Notes under the pieces: model-generated
What the model saw: the letters and a program-made list of their open reading frames with translations, nothing else
Database searches by the model: none
What the model was told of the DNA's origin: nothing
Assembly (NCBI GenBank): GCA_026770705.1
Contig: JANJGN010000064.1
Coordinates: 558,001-622,000, forward strand
Reading direction: 5' to 3'
Length of the DNA stretch: 64,000 bases
DNA from: Isurus oxyrinchus
Lineage: Eukaryota
Shown here: positions 60,496-64,000 of the stretch, piece by piece
Layout of the letters: each line of letters begins with the position of its first letter
How positions within the stretch are numbered: the first letter of the stretch is position 1
Position numbers and translations under genes: made by a program

Positions 60496-63400
60496 TGTAA
60501 TCAAACAGGTTACAGGCTTTAAAACATCAAAAGAAGCAGTTGCTTCATAACTAAGGAGTAACCATTGACGCTGCATTAGCATGTAAGGTGTAAAGGGAAT
60601 TTGCATTTTTAGATAAATTAAGGGTTAAATGATTTTTAAAGGATGTTAGTGTGTTTAAAATTACCGAGGTAATCAATGCAAGTGAATGTGTTTAATTTTT
60701 GCAGACATTGCTGAAACTATATGTTGGCAATATAAATGTTTTCATATTATAAGGAATATTGAAATTCAAAGACATATGGAACAACAAATTCTACATATTT
60801 ATAAGCTCTGAACATATATACAGGTGACCGAAAGGTTATATGGTGGGTGACGATGAAAATTCCAACAGGACTGAGTGAAAAGACATAACAAAATCTCCAG
60901 AATTTTTTCATAAGTCTGCTATATAACGAAATGGAAGTCGGGGAAGATTAACTTTGAGTTGCACTGTCCCGTTGGTGTTGGGTAAATTTGCGTTTCCTAT
61001 TTCAATTCTGAAATTTGTTTTGGACTGCTGCCTTAAATGAAGTACATTTGGGAGTCATGCTATCCAGGAATTTGACGAGTTATTGTCGTGGAAAGTATTT
61101 TGTCTTATGACGTGCATGCTTGAAATCATTTGTATCTTTCTAATATATGGTTGATTTTTTTCTACATCTCAAAATTCTTTGTGGATTCATTACTTTTGAA
61201 TTTAGAGCACACATCTTGCAGTAAATATAAATGGTAACTCATTTCTGATAGCTTGATCAAGATTCCATCGTGGATTTGGTCCGCCGGTTACACATCTTCA
61301 GTCACTTCGTAAAATATTAGGATTTTTTTGCCGAATATTTGAAGGTCCTTGATTGGTTTGGAGTTGGAGAATAGAAAGTTTACGATACAAGAAGCACATT
61401 GAATTCAGGAGTTGGGGGACTGATTTTAACGAGATAAAACTACACACAATGGCTGCATCCATCAGTAAAACTTTATTGGGAGTAGAAACTATAAATGTGA
61501 TGACGTTACAAAAATATCAAAGTGCAAGTTTACAGAATTGTCGAATACATTGCTGTTGAGGCTACAGTTAGCAACAAAGTAAACAGGTATATTTTAAGTT
61601 AAACTCCTGAAGGCATGGCATACAGCAAAATCTATGGGCCTGACAATATTCCAGCCGCAGTCGTGATTTCTTGTGCAACAGAACTTGCAGCACCCCTAGC
61701 CAAGCTGTTCTAGTAGAGCTACAACATCGGCAACTATCTGGCTATGTGGAAAATTGCCGAGGTATGGCTCAGCATTTGAAGTTGGATGTCATACATGACA
61801 CGAGCTAGTCAAAGCTGGAGAAAGTCAGACTTATGTTACAAATGAATAAGTATAAATTTGATCCCGCATTGGAAATTCATTAAAAAAAAAAGCTGGGACT
61901 AAAAGTAATATAAAAAGAAGAGGCAGAGAAAGAAAAAGAAACATAAAGTGTATTTAAAAGATAAATGAATATGCGAAAGTTCGACCTTCAGAGAGAAAAG
62001 GGGGCAGTGGAAGAAGAAGGAAGGAGAATGAGAATGCCAGTTTAACATCTGGACTATAAAGCGTAGACCTGAGCTGACGAATGTTTCCAGAAGAATTTAA
62101 TTGGATTATGTTGCAGTAAAACAGGATTTTTTGAGTGCAGAAGAATTGGTTCCTGGGGGGTGCAAGCAGAACTTTCGCAAGAAAAAAAACGCTCTTAGCA
62201 AACTTATATTGTGTTTGAGATCGGAAAACAAAGTTATTTTGATCTGTGGATAAGTGCATTAAAAGTAAAGACAAGATAGGTGTCTCTAAGAGAAATAATC
62301 CTTTCGGAAAAATTTTGAGATTCGGTCCCATTAGTCGGGAGTAGTCATGTGAAGGAGCAAAGCCTTAAAGCACTATAACAAGCAACAGAGATATCTGATG
62401 TTTATCAGTTAGTTCATAGATATAAGCCTTTATTTCGTAAGATTTTATAAAATCAGGGAACCACAGAAAGTGAAAAGCTGAAATGAATGTAAGTAATAAG
62501 GGAAGAGAAGGTGTATTTGGGAATTGCTAGGGAGTTTTGTCACATAATACAAAAGGAAGGCTCTGAGTGTGAAAGCAACCCATGGAACCTGTGGTAACTT
62601 CATTGTAACAAATTTGGGCATACGAAGACAATGCACTGGAGATTAGCGGGAAAAGCTGCTGCAATAACTGGAATGTAGGAAAATCCTGGAATTAAGTGTA
62701 CTGTGGCTCTTGTGGTCCAGACACAGGAAGAAAAACAAAGAAAAAAAAGTGTTTTGCGTACAGGAAGAACAGGAAGGATCAGTGATGCATAAAGAAGTAG
62801 GAGTGTGTTAACAATTTACCCCGGGGGAGCTCTGAATTCCTGATTGCAGAACTGTTTAAACGTTTTGTATGTGTAGGGTTAGTTTTTACGTGTGTGCAGC
62901 GTGGAGCAGGTCAAAATATTCACATTTTAAGGGACACAGGGGATAGTCAATACGAACTGATATTAGGTAGTGTTATTTGTATCTCAAGGGGAGCATTGCA
63001 GGAACAAATGGTAAAAGCGGGGCTGTGGAGATGATAAACATTTTCCCTGCCGGAAGTTAAACTTAAACAGTGTGTCCGTAAAAGACGAGGAGATTGTTGG
63101 AGTGCAAAATTTTCCATTGTGGAGGTACACTTTATTTTAGATAATTATATAGCTGGGCAACTGGTATGGGTGAAGCATACTTTATTTGAGCAGTCTGTAT
63201 TATGCATTGAACAGAAATGTTGAAGAAAGAGCATCTTGGATTGTTTCCAGATTGTGCACTCACAAGGTCATTAGTTCAGTCGTGGAAACAGGGAGAAGAG
63301 TAACGTTAAAGACAGGAGAAACATGCTAAAGCTCAATCAGCTGACACGACCTCTGATAACATTATTCAGGGAAAAATAATGGAAGATAATGAAGCTGAAG

Positions 63401-64000
63401 TGTTTACTTTAAGCCATTTGGTAGAGCCACAACTAAAAGATCCACGAATGGCGTAGTTATATCAGACAGCTCATTCAGAAATGGAGGGAGAATGTATTCC
63501 AAAATGGTACTACCTAAAGGGCAATATGTTAATAAAGAAATTGTGACCATATCAAGTTCTGGCGGGTGAAAAATGGATGTAAGTGCATCAGGTTGGTATA
63601 CCAGCTGGGTTTATAAATTGTGCAATAAGAGTAGCTCTGGGAATTCCAATAGGGCGAATTTACGAATTAGAAATACACAGAAGAGAGAAAAAATATTTCC
63701 ATTGTTCTGGATTGCATAGAGATGTAATGAAATTCGATAGATCATGTCACACATGGCAGCTGATAGGCAACCTACAAGCAGTGATCAAGCAAGCACCTTG
63801 AACATCAATTCCATCACTGCAGGAACTTCTTTTCTAGTGTTATGGATGATTGTGCAGGACAGCTCCCTAAGGCAAAAAGTGGAAATGTGTGCTTGCTAAC
63901 AATAATGGATATGTCAACAATGTTTGAACAGGAGATGCATCCGGGAAACATTACAGAAGCGAATTTTGGAGGAAGTGACATTTTTTTCCAAGAAACATGC
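60496..64000 (+). mobile_element. Decayed Gmr1-like Ty3/Gypsy LTR retrotransposon (5' LTR ~60496-61291, gag, protease, integrase N-terminus); runs off the window
   Basis: Gag: EELVP..QNFR..QTY..KQSYFDLWISAL..SLREIIL (62140-62320) and the knuckle HCNKFGHTK (~62600). Protease: ILRDTG (~62925), FPDCALTRS. Integrase H2C2 region: FHCSGLHRDVMKFDRSCHTWQLIG..IKQAP (63690-63800). A nested LINE fragment, MGPDNIPA..ELAAPLAKLF, lies at 61630-61770. Confidence 0.8.

Overview
This is repeat-rich vertebrate genomic DNA, most likely from a cartilaginous fish. That call rests on the GPR139-like receptor type, CR1/L2/Penelope relics and a shark-type SINE; it is inferred and was not checked against a database. 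I see no intact protein-coding gene, and almost all short ORFs in the track are spurious. Recognisable content: (1) a two-exon GPR139-like GPCR gene disabled by two 1-nt frameshifts, plus an orphan first exon of a second paralogue; (2) a dispersed, decaying tRNA cluster with an intact Ile-AAT, a near-intact Asp-GTC, and pseudo Gly-TCC, Ser and three Lys-TTT copies carried in segmental repeat units; (3) two histone H3 relics, a processed H3.3 retrocopy and the 3' end of a canonical H3 gene with an intact stem-loop; (4) a ~5.3 kb duplicated block holding a 46-bp minisatellite and what looks like a decayed, unidentified multi-exon coiled-coil gene; (5) many decayed retroelements, including CR1, L2, Penelope, a Copia-like gag, and a Gmr1-like Gypsy element with related solo LTRs. 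There is one 159-N assembly gap. I found no CRISPR or prokaryotic system and cannot claim a new biological system. The best leads are the unidentified duplicated gene, the H3.3 retrocopy with its empty paralogous site, and the tRNA-carrying repeat units. Transposon boundaries are approximate and were set by eye.
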